A program made the translations under genes and the position numbers. The notes under the pieces are model-generated. The model did no database searches, had not been told where the DNA came from, and saw only the letters and a program-made list of their open reading frames with translations. From the NCBI GenBank assembly GCA_900545485.1, contig UQZD01000005.1, positions 6,464 through 70,463 on the forward strand: a DNA stretch of 64,000 bases, in the 5' to 3' direction. The first letter of the stretch is position 1. Each line of letters begins with the position of its first letter. This document shows, piece after piece, positions 9,134-19,333 of the stretch. The DNA is from an uncultured Collinsella sp. (GTDB lineage: Bacteria; Actinomycetota; Coriobacteriia; Coriobacteriales; Coriobacteriaceae).

Positions 9134-10525
9134 TTATCTCCGCTCGCACATCTCGGCAAACGAAATCAGCTTGGTATCTCCCCTGCTCGCCGCAGCTTCC
9201 TGACATCCTTGCGTAAAGCCACGCTTCGAGAAGATCACGTAGCTTTTATGCTGACGCCTAAAGAGCTCGCTTCGGTACACGAGCTTTTCCAGAACATCCT
9301 CGCCTGCCGGTTCGTTACGCCATTTGCACTCCGCAAAGAGCGCCGCGCCCTCTCCGTCGTCGACAATCAAATCGATCTCTTCCTGCGTACGCGTCCGATT
9401 GTCCGTTCCCCACCAACGGCCAACTGTTGCCGGCACCACACCAAGTTCGCCCGCGCGTGCGAGTTCGTACACGTATTGTCTGCATATAAGCTCAAAGACC
9501 GTACCCATGTAATCCGATACGTGCGGCTCAATGCGCCTATACGCCATCTCGGCCATATCGTTTTGAATCAGCCCAATGTTCTGCGGCACAAACTTGTACC
9601 AGAACCTAAACATCTGGTCGCTCAGCAGATACACGGCTCGCTTATTGCTCGTCTCGTTTAGGGGCAGCTCGCGCTCGACAATCCCAAGCGACGCCAGCTT
9701 ATCCACATAGCTCTTTACGTTGCTCGCAGGGATTCCCATAGAGCTCGCAATCTCTGAGATCTTCGAGCGCCCCTGGGCAATTGCTTGCACGATCGCATCA
9801 TATTGCTCGGGATTGCGGCACTCTTGCAATAGCAGGTTACTCGGCTCCTCAAAGAGATGACCCGTAGGAGTAAGAAAAAGACGTTTGATGTTGTCCTCGA
9901 GCGATACGGTAGGATCGACTTTCTCGATATATGCAGGAATGCCGCCCGTCATGCCATAGCAAACTGCAGCATCTTCGCGACTCATGCTCTGCCACAGGCC
10001 GAGGGTCGTCGTAAAATCGAGCGGCATGATCTTAAACTGGGCCGTACGCCTACCGTATAGTGGGCTCTCGTAGCCCAACACCTGTTCCTCCATAAACGAA
10101 AGCGACGACCCGCACAGGATAAGCATGAGCTTGGTCTCTTTGTACAAGTGGTCGATCTTGCCTTGCAGCAACGAGCTGATTTCGGGATTCGATTGGGCGA
10201 GATAGGGATACTCGTCAATCACGACAATCAAACGCTCCGTTCGAGCCATGGTGGCCAATGCATCGAACGCTTCGTCAAAACTACGAAACGACACGCCTGC
10301 AGCACCAACCGAGCCTGCAAGTATCGCCTGGCTAAAGCCGTGCAGGTTTGCCTCCGCATTGGTACGACGAGCTTGAAAGTAAATAGCCTTCTTGCCTTGG
10401 ATGAACTCTGTGATAAGGCGCGTTTTACCCACACGACGGCGGCCGTAAATCACAGGCATTTCAAAGGAGCCCGTGCCATACAGTCGATTGAGCTCGGACA
10501 TTTCCGCTGTTCTTCCGATAAACAT
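9134..10525 (-). CDS. archaeal-type AAA+ ATPase with C-terminal DUF234 PD-(D/E)xK domain
   Basis: MFIGR start, Walker A YGRRRVGKT, Walker B VVIDEYPY, GRWW...EIDLI...AECKW. Confidence 0.88.
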   Translation of the reverse strand: MFIGRTAEMSELNRLYGTGSFEMPVIYGRRRVGKTRLITEFIQGKKAIYFQARRTNAEANLHGFSQAILAGSVGAAGVSFRSFDEAFDALATMARTERLIVVIDEYPYLAQSNPEISSLLQGKIDHLYKETKLMLILCGSSLSFMEEQVLGYESPLYGRRTAQFKIMPLDFTTTLGLWQSMSREDAAVCYGMTGGIPAYIEKVDPTVSLEDNIKRLFLTPTGHLFEEPSNLLLQECRNPEQYDAIVQAIAQGRSKISEIASSMGIPASNVKSYVDKLASLGIVERELPLNETSNKRAVYLLSDQMFRFWYKFVPQNIGLIQNDMAEMAYRRIEPHVSDYMGTVFELICRQYVYELARAGELGVVPATVGRWWGTDNRTRTQEEIDLIVDDGEGAALFAECKWRNEPAGEDVLEKLVYRSELFRRQHKSYVIFSKRGFTQGCQEAAASRGDTKLISFAEMCERR

Positions 10526-10648
10526 AGGGCCATCCTTCCTTCACGTTATAGCTAGCCATATTATACCTTTCTATAATATAGCTAGCTATAACGTAATTCG
10601 ACAAGCGGCGCACGAAAAGGGGCGATACACCGCCGCACGTGGACCGTT

Positions 10649-11007
10649 CCGGAAAATGTATCCCGTTCTGGAGCCAAAAACTGGGCCGTAGTTTCCGCCA
10701 AACATGCCATCCGGAAAGCGTGTCCCGTTCTGAGCCTGAATTCTGGGATGCACTTTCCGCTGAAGCTTCTACCGGAAAATGCATCCCATTCCGAGCGCTC
10801 ATTCCGGGACACAGCTTCCGCATGCGGCCCCGTTGGGAAAGTTCATCCCGCTCTGAGGGCTCGTTCCGAGATGCAATTTCCGCTTGAGGCCCGATCCGGA
10901 AACGGTATCCCACTCTGGGGCCGAAATCTGGGACACAGTTTCCGCTTGAGGGCTGTTCCGGAAAGCGCGTCCCGTTCCGAGCGGCAATTCCGGGTCACGG
11001 TTTCCTC
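10649..11007. repeat. array of six ~62-bp palindromic units
   Basis: Units start at 10649, 10711, 10772, 10834, 10896 and 10958; each is GGAAA-n5-TCCC...GGGA-n5-TTTCC with a variable loop. Confidence 0.85.
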
Positions 11008-11301
11008 AGGTACAAGACGACGATCCTCCGCCCTTATCACATGCCTTCAAATATGCGATCCAGAAACACAAAACAGCAGATAGAATGCTCTTTTTCAAAA
11101 AGTACACGTCCCGAAACTTACCAAGACTTCATATCCAGCTACCGTTCACGGTCGCCGATTACCGCCCACCGATTCAAACAAGAAATATGTCGCCAAAAGC
11201 AGGTCATCTACCTGCATGGTTAGATTTTGGTCAGCTTTTGGTCAGCTGAGCGGCAAGTTCCAGCTGATACGTTTTTGCTACCCAAAAGGAGGCGGTAGCT
11301 C

Positions 11302-12300
11302 ATGACCCATTGTAATGACCAGCTCATCGACCAACTGCTCACTCAAGCCGAACAAGAGGGGCGCTGTCTGATTCCCCCGAGCGCGGAGATCCGAAAAGCG
11401 CTCCTTCGGCGCATCGGCGACATGGTCGTCTCCCCCATGCCGGGATTGTTCGCGCGCAAAATACGCTGGGATGAGCTCAACCGGGCGCAGCGTCATTGCG
11501 AGATTATTCGCGCCCTTGCGATCATCCACCCCGATTGGACGTTCTGCGCGTTTTCGGCTGCCTGCCTGCTGGGGCTCGAGGTCTCGTGGCGACACCTGAA
11601 TGTCGTGCATGCCTGCAGCTCGACAAAGCCGTCGGCTCGTCCGGGCGCACATAATCAGCGACACCAGATTGAGCCGGCCGGAGCAATACGCAGAGCCGGC
11701 ATATCGGTAACGCCGCCCATCCAAACGGCCACAGATTGCCTGCTGCAAACTGGTTTTGCCGACGGCATGCCCATTGCCGATTCGGCGATCTCAAAGCTCG
11801 GCCTTGCGCCGGAACAGCTGATGGAGGCCGTTGAGCAACGAGCGACTGCCCGCAATGGTCGCACGATTCGCACCGCCCTCACGACACTTCGATATGCCGA
11901 CGCCCGCGCCGAGAGCGGCGGGGAATCGGTCACCCGAGCCGTCATGATCGAGACGGGCTTTGCGCCCGACTGGCTTCAATACGAGCTGACGGACCCCTTC
12001 GATTCGGCCAAGCCCATACGAACGGACTTTGCCTGGGAGCGCCAGGCGCGGGAACTCACGCTGGGCGAGCTCGACGGGCTCATCAAATATACCGCCCAGA
12101 CCATGCTGGCCGGACGCACCACCGCCGAGGCGCTCGTTGCCGAACGACAGCGCGAGGCGCACCTATCGCTCTACGGTCACCCTCTGCTGCGCTTTACCAT
12201 CAGCGAGGTCCGCTCGGCAGGAATGCTCGCCAAAAAGCTGCAGACGGCAGGCATCCGGCAGACCGCGCTGCCGACATGGCTCAACGATATTGAGCTGTAG
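11302..12300 (+). CDS. AbiEi-like / DUF559 (Vsr-like endonuclease fold) protein
   Basis: FCAFSAACLLGL, VTPPIQTATDC, AESGGES, RTDFAW, GELDGLIKY and ERQREAHL motifs typical of this actinobacterial family; AGGAGG RBS. Confidence 0.7.
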   Translation: MTHCNDQLIDQLLTQAEQEGRCLIPPSAEIRKALLRRIGDMVVSPMPGLFARKIRWDELNRAQRHCEIIRALAIIHPDWTFCAFSAACLLGLEVSWRHLNVVHACSSTKPSARPGAHNQRHQIEPAGAIRRAGISVTPPIQTATDCLLQTGFADGMPIADSAISKLGLAPEQLMEAVEQRATARNGRTIRTALTTLRYADARAESGGESVTRAVMIETGFAPDWLQYELTDPFDSAKPIRTDFAWERQARELTLGELDGLIKYTAQTMLAGRTTAEALVAERQREAHLSLYGHPLLRFTISEVRSAGMLAKKLQTAGIRQTALPTWLNDIEL

Positions 12301-12336
12301 GGGCTGCTAAGTTTATGCCCGCCTGTCCACCAAACT

Positions 12337-12786
12337 GGGACACACTTTCCGGTTGGCAGCACCCGCGGAAACCGTGTCCCAGATTGAGCGCTCAAAACGG
12401 GATGCGCTTTCCAGATGGTATGCCTAGCGGAAAGCGTGTCCCGGAATCAGGCCTCGGAACGGGTCGTGCTTTCCGGTTGAGTCCTTCAGCGGAAACCGCA
12501 TCCCGGAATAAACGCTCAAACTGGGATGCACTTTCCAAACGGCCGGCCAGCGGAAAACGCATCCCATTCTGGGGCATGATTCCGGGACACAGCTTCCGGT
12601 TGAGGGCCGATCCGGAAAGCGCATCCCACTCCGGGACTGGATTCCGGGACGTAGTTTCCGCCGAGGGCCCAAAAAGGAAAGCACATCCCGTTCTGAGTGC
12701 CAATTCTGGGATGTAATTTCCGCCGAGGGCTCCAAAGGGAAAGCACGTCCCATTCTGGAGCCGAAATCTGGGACGCAGCTTCCGCA
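12337..12786. repeat. array of ~7.5 ~62-bp palindromic units (same family as 10649-11007)
   Basis: Units start at 12365, 12427, 12489, 12550, 12612, 12674 and 12736, preceded by a half unit. Confidence 0.85.
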
Positions 12787-12904
12787 TGCGGAGGCGCTCC
12801 AAACAAAAGGCCCCGGCTCGCGATGGAGCTGGGGCCAAAGGCGCAGCATATGCAGTTGGTGTTGAGCGCGAACAGCCCGTCAGCAATGCTGTCCGCACCC
12901 TACC

Positions 12905-15682
12905 CTACCCGCGGCGACGGGCGCGGCTGTAGGGCGTATCCACCATGGGCAGATCTGGACGTAGTTTGCCGTCAAACGCGCGGTAGGCGTTCTGCACGGC
13001 GGGCGCCGTGGGGATCGTTGCGATCTCGCCGATGCCCTTGCCGCCGTATGCCACGGGCAACAGCTCGTCCTTCTCCACGTAGATGGCGTGGATATTCGGA
13101 ATCTCGGGCGCACGGAACAGCCCGAGCGTACCGTACCTTGCCTGGGGTACGCAGTCCTTGAGCGGCCAGTCCTCGGTAAGCGCATAGCCCATACCCATGA
13201 GCACGCCGCCTTCGATCTGACCCTGGATGGAGATGGGGTTGACCACCTTGCCGGAATCGTGCGCGGCATAGACCTCGCTCACGCGGCCGTCATCATCCAG
13301 AATGACCACATGCGTGGCAAACCCGTAGCAGATGTGGCTCTTGGGGTTGGGAACGTCGGCGCCCAGCTTGTCGGTCGGCTCCAGGTACACGTAGCCAAAC
13401 TCGCATCCCTCGAGCGCCTTGATGGCAGCCGCGGGATCCTGAGGATGCATACCCTGGCCGGCGACGAGCTCCTGCGTGCGCAGCTGATAGCCGCGACCGT
13501 CGTCGTACTCAATCTTGACGCCGTCGCCATGCGCGCTCACGGGAGTATCGGGTGCGGGCTTGCCGGCCTCGATGTCAAGCATGGCATCGCGCAGCAGGAA
13601 GGCGGCACCGCGCACGGCCTCGCCGGTCACGACCGTCTGACGCGAGCCAGACGTGGTGCCGGAGTCGGGAGCGTTCTCGGTGGAGCACTCGCCATTGGCA
13701 ATGCAGCTCAGCGGCAGACCGCAGGCCTCGGCAACGTCCTGCAAAAAGACCGTGTTGCAGCCCTGGCCGATGTCGGACGTGGCGGCGTAGACCACGGCGC
13801 GGCCATCCTCGACGCGGATCTTGCAGCGGCCGGCATCGGGCAGGCCCACGCCCACGCCGGCGTTCTTCATGGCGCAGGCGATACCGGCGTGTCCGGGATG
13901 CGCGTAGTAGGCATCCTTGACCTCGAGCAGCGTCTCCTTCAGTGCCGTGGAGCAATCGGCAATCTGGCCGTTGGGCAAAACCTCGCCCGGCTCGATGGCG
14001 TTACGGTAGCGGATCTCCCACGGATCCAGGCCGACCTTCTCGGCCAGCAGGTCGATCAGGCTCTCGAGCGCAAACTCGGACTGGCAAACGCCAAAGCCGC
14101 GGTACGCACCGGCGGGCGGGTTGTTGGTGTAGTAGCCAAAGCCGCGAATGTCGGTGTTCTGGTACTTGTAGGGGCCGACGGCATGCGTACAGGCGCGCTC
14201 GAGCACCGGGCCGCACAGCGACGCGTAGGCGCCGGTATCAAAGTTGATCTCGCAATCCAGGCCGGTAAAGTTACCCTCGGCGTCGCAGCCCAGTGTAAAG
14301 GTGCCGTCCATGGCGTGACGCTTGGGATGGAAAGCGAGCGACTCGGCACGCGTGAGCTTACACTTCACAGGACGCTGGAACTTATATGCGGCGAGCGCGG
14401 CCAAGTGCTGGATGGACACGTCCTCCTTGCCGCCAAAGCCGCCACCCACGAGCATGGTCTCGACGACCACGCGCTCGGGCTCGCTATCCCAGCCAAACAT
14501 GTGAGCGCACTCTTTGCGCGTGTCGTAGGCGCCCTGGTCGGTCGACTGCACCTTGACGCCATTCTTGTACGGGAAGGCAACGGCGCACTCGGGCTCCAAG
14601 AAGGCATGCTCGGTAAAGGGCGTGGTAAAGCGCTGCGTCACGGTAAACGCGCTCTCTGCCAGCGCCTTGGCGGCGTCACCGCGCGTCACGTGACGGCTCT
14701 GGCACACGTTGTCCTTGAGCTCCACCGTGTTGCCAAAGGCAAAGAAGCTGTCGTGCAGGCGCGGGGCGTCGGCAGACCTGGCCTCGGCGATGTTGCGCAC
14801 GGGCTCCAGCGGCTCGTAATCAATCTTTACGAGCTTCTTGGCCTTCTCGAGCGTCGCCTCGTCCTCGGCAACCACCAGCACGATGGCATCGCCCACGCAG
14901 CGGGTGATGTCGCCCTGGGCGATCATGACGTCCCAGTCCTGGATAAGGTGGCCGACCTGGTTGACCGGCACGTCCTCGGCGCGCAGGATGCCAACCACAC
15001 CGGGTAGGGCCTCGGCCTTGGAAGTATCGATGGAGAGCACGCGGGCACGCGGATACTTGGAGCGCACGGCGCTGGCGTAGGTCAGGCCCGGCTGGTCGAT
15101 CTCGTCGATGTCGTCGGGATACTTGCCCTCGCCGAGCACCTTCTTGCGCACGTCAATACGGAAGGCGCGCTTGCCCACGCCGTAGTCGTCGCCGCGCTCC
15201 AGATCCTCGTCGATCTGCTTTTCGCCGCGGAGCACCGCAGCGGCCAGCGCAATGCCCTCGATAATCTTTTTGTAGCCGGTGCAGCGGCAAACATTGCCGC
15301 GGATGGCGTACTTGATCTGCTCCTCGGTAGGCTCGGGATCCTCGGCGATGAGCGCTGCACCCGCCATGACCATGCCGGGGATGCAAAAGCCGCACTGCAC
15401 GGCGCCCACGGCGCCAAAGGCGTACACAAAGGCCTCGCGCACGTCCTCGGGCAGGCCCTCGACGGTCACGATGCTGCGGCCGGCGGCAAGAGCGGTGGTC
15501 AGCACGCACGCCTTGACGGCCGCACCGTCCACGTGGATGGTGCAGGTGCCGCACGCGCCCTCGGAGCAGCCGTCCTTGGCGGAGTGAATGTGTAGGTCGT
15601 CGCGCAGATAACGCAGCAGCGGTTTGTTTTGGGTCGTCGTGCGCTCGACGCCGTTAACGGTAAAAGTGAATTCCTGTGCCAT
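12905..15682 (-). CDS. xdh: selenium-dependent xanthine dehydrogenase-type molybdoenzyme (2Fe-2S + Moco-binding fusion)
   Basis: GCSEGACGTC, QCGFCIPG, GNVCRCTGY, GGGFGGK, AYRGFG, GKGIGE motifs. Confidence 0.9.
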   Translation of the reverse strand: MAQEFTFTVNGVERTTTQNKPLLRYLRDDLHIHSAKDGCSEGACGTCTIHVDGAAVKACVLTTALAAGRSIVTVEGLPEDVREAFVYAFGAVGAVQCGFCIPGMVMAGAALIAEDPEPTEEQIKYAIRGNVCRCTGYKKIIEGIALAAAVLRGEKQIDEDLERGDDYGVGKRAFRIDVRKKVLGEGKYPDDIDEIDQPGLTYASAVRSKYPRARVLSIDTSKAEALPGVVGILRAEDVPVNQVGHLIQDWDVMIAQGDITRCVGDAIVLVVAEDEATLEKAKKLVKIDYEPLEPVRNIAEARSADAPRLHDSFFAFGNTVELKDNVCQSRHVTRGDAAKALAESAFTVTQRFTTPFTEHAFLEPECAVAFPYKNGVKVQSTDQGAYDTRKECAHMFGWDSEPERVVVETMLVGGGFGGKEDVSIQHLAALAAYKFQRPVKCKLTRAESLAFHPKRHAMDGTFTLGCDAEGNFTGLDCEINFDTGAYASLCGPVLERACTHAVGPYKYQNTDIRGFGYYTNNPPAGAYRGFGVCQSEFALESLIDLLAEKVGLDPWEIRYRNAIEPGEVLPNGQIADCSTALKETLLEVKDAYYAHPGHAGIACAMKNAGVGVGLPDAGRCKIRVEDGRAVVYAATSDIGQGCNTVFLQDVAEACGLPLSCIANGECSTENAPDSGTTSGSRQTVVTGEAVRGAAFLLRDAMLDIEAGKPAPDTPVSAHGDGVKIEYDDGRGYQLRTQELVAGQGMHPQDPAAAIKALEGCEFGYVYLEPTDKLGADVPNPKSHICYGFATHVVILDDDGRVSEVYAAHDSGKVVNPISIQGQIEGGVLMGMGYALTEDWPLKDCVPQARYGTLGLFRAPEIPNIHAIYVEKDELLPVAYGGKGIGEIATIPTAPAVQNAYRAFDGKLRPDLPMVDTPYSRARRRG

Positions 15683-15694
15683 GGTGATTCCCTT

Positions 15695-16174
15695 CTACAC
15701 GCCAGCGGCGATGCCGGTGCGGTCGTGGATGGCGCCATGCGGGCAGACGACGGCGCACATGCCGCACGACAGGCAGTCCGCGCCGTCGATATGGGCGCAG
15801 TTGTCCTCGATGCGGATAGCGCCGGCGGGGCACTTTTTGGCGCACATGCCGCAACCGATGCAGCTCGTGTCGCAGATCTTGCGCGCAATGGCACCTTTGT
15901 CGGTGTTGTTGCAACGCACCAGAATGTTCTGGTAGCCGGGAACGAAGGCAATCACGCGCTGCGGGCACGCCATGCCGCACAGGCCGCAGCCCGTGCACTT
16001 GGAACGGTCCACGCGGGCGATGCCATCGACCAGCGCAATGGCGCCGTGGGGGCAGGCCGTGACGCAGGCGCCACAGCCAATGCAGCCTTCGCTGCAGCGG
16101 GCGTCGCCGCCTGCGGAGGCACAACCACTTCCGCAGGCAACGTAGGCCACGTTATGTTGAATGGATTTGGCCAT
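15695..16174 (-). CDS. 4Fe-4S polyferredoxin (RnfB C-terminal-like)
   Basis: Four CxxCxxCxxxCP motifs. Confidence 0.85.
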   Translation of the reverse strand: MAKSIQHNVAYVACGSGCASAGGDARCSEGCIGCGACVTACPHGAIALVDGIARVDRSKCTGCGLCGMACPQRVIAFVPGYQNILVRCNNTDKGAIARKICDTSCIGCGMCAKKCPAGAIRIEDNCAHIDGADCLSCGMCAVVCPHGAIHDRTGIAAGV

Positions 16175-16185
16175 AAGAGACTCGC

Positions 16186-19185
16186 CTATTTCTTAAGAAG
16201 GTACGAATAGTTGTCGCGCACGGCCCTGATAGTCAGGCGGACGGCCTCGGGAAGGCCGGTGTTGACGGCATCGACCGAGACGGTGCGGACCGTGCCGGCG
16301 ACGCGGACCTTAAAGTGATCCTCGTCCACGGCCAGGAAGCCCTCGTTCTCGGAGTTCTCCATGTCCTGCTCGCTCCAGAACAGGGTGAGCTTGTCCTTGT
16401 AGGGACGACCCTCCTGGTAGGGGCAGAACACGGCGCAGTTGCCGCACTCGTTGCACATGCCGTCGACATGGACGACCTGATGCTTGGCCAGGCCCGGCAC
16501 CTTAATTGCCACGTTGGCGCGGTTGGGGCACACGTCGCAGCAGACCTCGCACACCGAGCCGCAGCCCAGGCAGCGGGTCTTGGTGCAGTTGCGCTTGTCG
16601 CGGCACAGCGACCCCTTGCGCTCGTAGCAGGTGTCCTCGCGGCCGGCCTGCTCGTTGCAGTCGGCGTACTTGTTAAAGTCCACACCGGCGATGGCACGGG
16701 CGACCTCGGCGGCGTCGGCGATAGCCTCGACCACGGTGGCAGGACCGCGACGGCAGTCGCCGGCAGCCCAGACGCCCTCGACGCCAGTGGAGGTGGCGGC
16801 AAGGCGGCCGCGACGGTCGTGCTCAACGCCCGCGGCATCGTACAGGCTGGCATCGATGCCCTCGCCCACGGCGCAGATCACCGTGGTGGCGGAAAGCTCG
16901 ACGGTCTCGCCCGTGGCGACGGGGCTGCGACGGCCGCTTGCATCCGGCTCGCCAAGCTCCATGACGTCGCAGGTCAGCACGGCGCCGTTAAGCGCCTTGG
17001 GGGCCAGCAGCTCGCAGAACTCAACACCATCGGCAAGAGCAAGATCAAGCTCTTCCTCGTCGGCGGGCATCTGCTTCTTGGTGCGGCGATACACCAGGCG
17101 CACGTTCTTCACGCCAGCCAGGCGCTTGGCCACGCGAGCCGCATCCATGGCGGTGTTGCCGGCGCCAATGACCACGACGTCCTCGCCCAGCTCGAGCTTC
17201 TCGCCCCTCTTGGCGGCCTCGAGGAACTCCAGCACGTCGAGCTCGGCATCCTCGCCCAGGCCCGCAGAGCCGGGCATCCAGGCGCCGGTGGCCACGACCA
17301 CGTCGGTAAAGCCCTGGGCCTTGAGCTCGTCAATGGACTCCACGCGGGCATTGAGCTGCACCTTGGCACCAAAGGCCAGGCAGAGCTCGGCATCGTGGGA
17401 GATGTCATCGCTCGCAATGCGGAACTCGGGGATGACGTGACGGACCACGCCGCCGAGCGAATCGCGGGCCTCGAAGATGGTGACGGGCACGCCAGCGCGC
17501 GTCAGGAAGAACGCCGTCGCCAGGCCGGCCGGGCCGCCGCCGATAACGGCAACGTTGCGCTCGCCGTCGTTGGCGATGGCCTGGGCGCGCAGCTTGGGCA
17601 GCACGGCGGTCATGGCCTCGCGGGCGGCCTTGAGCTTGCTGGCGCGGATCTGGGCGCCCTCGGGCTCGTAGAACGCACGCTCGCAGGCACGGCCGCAGGG
17701 ATGCGGGCAGATAGTGCCGGTAATGAACGGCAGGGCGTTGCGCTCGATGATGATGTTGAGTGCGTCCTCGTAGCGGCCCTCGTCAACAGCCGCCAAGTAG
17801 GCGGGAATATCCTGCTGGATGGGGCAGCTCGTGCGGCACGGCGTGGTAAAGCAGTCGGAAAGCGGGCTCTTGCCGGCAACCTTGCGGTCGGGTAGCGGGC
17901 GCAGCGGCTTCTTATAGAGCGGGTTGGTGAGCGAGTCGGTCTGGATCGCGGTCACAGCCTCGAGCGAGACGCCCGCGAACGGCTTGCCATCCAGGTCGGT
18001 AAACTCGCCGGCCATCTGGCTAAAGCGCTCGTAGCCACCGGGCTTGAGCACGTCGGTCGCCAGGGTGACGGGCCAAATGCCGGCATCGTACAGGGCGCGG
18101 ATGTTGTAGACCGTGGCACCGCCGGAGTAGCTTATGCGCAGTTTGCCATCAAACTGCTCGGTAATGCGGCGGGCAGCCTCGATGGTCAGCGAGAACAGCG
18201 AACGGCCGGACATGTACATCTCGGTGGAGGGCAGCTCGTTCCTCGTCACGTCGACGGGGAACGTGTTGGTCAGCTTGACGCCAAACTCCAGGCCGCGCTC
18301 GGCGCACAGGGCAATCAGGCGCTCGAACATAGGCACGGCATCGGCCCACTGCAGGTCCTCGCGGAAGTGCGTGTCATCAAAGACGATGTAGTCAAAGCCC
18401 AGCTCGTTCAGACGCTGGCGGGCAAACTCATAGCCCAGCAGCGTGGGGTTGCACTTGATGTAGGTGTTGAGACCCTTCTCGGTAATCAGGTAGGTCGCGA
18501 TGCGCTCGATCTCCGCCGGCGGGCAGCCATGCAGCGTGGACTCGGTAATGGTGTTGGAGACGCGCGCCGGGATGGACTCGACAAACGCGGCATCGACATG
18601 CTCAAACTTGTCCAGGTTAGCGAGCGCCCACGTGCGGCACTCGTTCCAGACGTCAGAGCCGCTGGCGTCCTTCATGCCCTCGATGTAGGCGTCGACCTTG
18701 GGGCTCTTGATGCCCTCCAGGTCATAACCCACCGACATGTTAAAGACAAAACCGTCCGGGCTGCCCAGGCCGTACTCGCGAGCGATCAGGTGGCAGGCGA
18801 ACCATGCCTTCACGTACTCGGCAAAGGCCTGCGGAACCTCGAGCTCGGTCGACCACTCGCAGTTGTAGCACTCGTCCTGTGCCACGATACAGGGCTTGTT
18901 AACGCACTTGGAGAGCTCCTCGCCGTCCATAACCTGAACGGTCTTAAGCTCAAAGAAGCGGGAACCGGCCACATAAGAGGCCACGATGTTCTGGGCAAGC
19001 TGCGTGTTGGGACCGGCGGCCGGGCCAAACGGAGTCTCGATACGCTCGTCAAAAATGGGAAGCGCACCCTCCTGGTTGGTCGTGACCATCTTGCGCACGC
19101 CAAAGACGGCGCCCTGAGTCTTGTGCTCCTCGATGATCCAGTTCATCAGCTGCGAAAACGGGATCGGCCTCATGATGTCGCTCAT
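16186..19185 (-). CDS. ygfK: YgfK Fe-S flavoprotein oxidoreductase
   Basis: MSDIMRPIPF start, GPAAGPNTQLAQN, GGGPAG, GAGNTAMD, C-terminal CVDVCPNRAN-type clusters. Confidence 0.92.
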   Translation of the reverse strand: MSDIMRPIPFSQLMNWIIEEHKTQGAVFGVRKMVTTNQEGALPIFDERIETPFGPAAGPNTQLAQNIVASYVAGSRFFELKTVQVMDGEELSKCVNKPCIVAQDECYNCEWSTELEVPQAFAEYVKAWFACHLIAREYGLGSPDGFVFNMSVGYDLEGIKSPKVDAYIEGMKDASGSDVWNECRTWALANLDKFEHVDAAFVESIPARVSNTITESTLHGCPPAEIERIATYLITEKGLNTYIKCNPTLLGYEFARQRLNELGFDYIVFDDTHFREDLQWADAVPMFERLIALCAERGLEFGVKLTNTFPVDVTRNELPSTEMYMSGRSLFSLTIEAARRITEQFDGKLRISYSGGATVYNIRALYDAGIWPVTLATDVLKPGGYERFSQMAGEFTDLDGKPFAGVSLEAVTAIQTDSLTNPLYKKPLRPLPDRKVAGKSPLSDCFTTPCRTSCPIQQDIPAYLAAVDEGRYEDALNIIIERNALPFITGTICPHPCGRACERAFYEPEGAQIRASKLKAAREAMTAVLPKLRAQAIANDGERNVAVIGGGPAGLATAFFLTRAGVPVTIFEARDSLGGVVRHVIPEFRIASDDISHDAELCLAFGAKVQLNARVESIDELKAQGFTDVVVATGAWMPGSAGLGEDAELDVLEFLEAAKRGEKLELGEDVVVIGAGNTAMDAARVAKRLAGVKNVRLVYRRTKKQMPADEEELDLALADGVEFCELLAPKALNGAVLTCDVMELGEPDASGRRSPVATGETVELSATTVICAVGEGIDASLYDAAGVEHDRRGRLAATSTGVEGVWAAGDCRRGPATVVEAIADAAEVARAIAGVDFNKYADCNEQAGREDTCYERKGSLCRDKRNCTKTRCLGCGSVCEVCCDVCPNRANVAIKVPGLAKHQVVHVDGMCNECGNCAVFCPYQEGRPYKDKLTLFWSEQDMENSENEGFLAVDEDHFKVRVAGTVRTVSVDAVNTGLPEAVRLTIRAVRDNYSYLLKK

Positions 19186-19333
19186 AATGAGCTCCTCTCT
19201 GTAACGCCCGGCGAGACCGCGCGGCGGGCGCAAATACGGTGTAGTGCTAGCACAGCGCCGGCGACCCCGCGGAGGCCGCCTATACGCGCGCCGGATGCGG
19301 CGAAACATCCGACGCGCGTGAATCTACTTGTAA

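Noticed and set aside
10461..12898. Multiple overlapping ORFs within the 62-bp arrays
   Set aside because: Translations of repeat DNA on both strands without RBS or motifs
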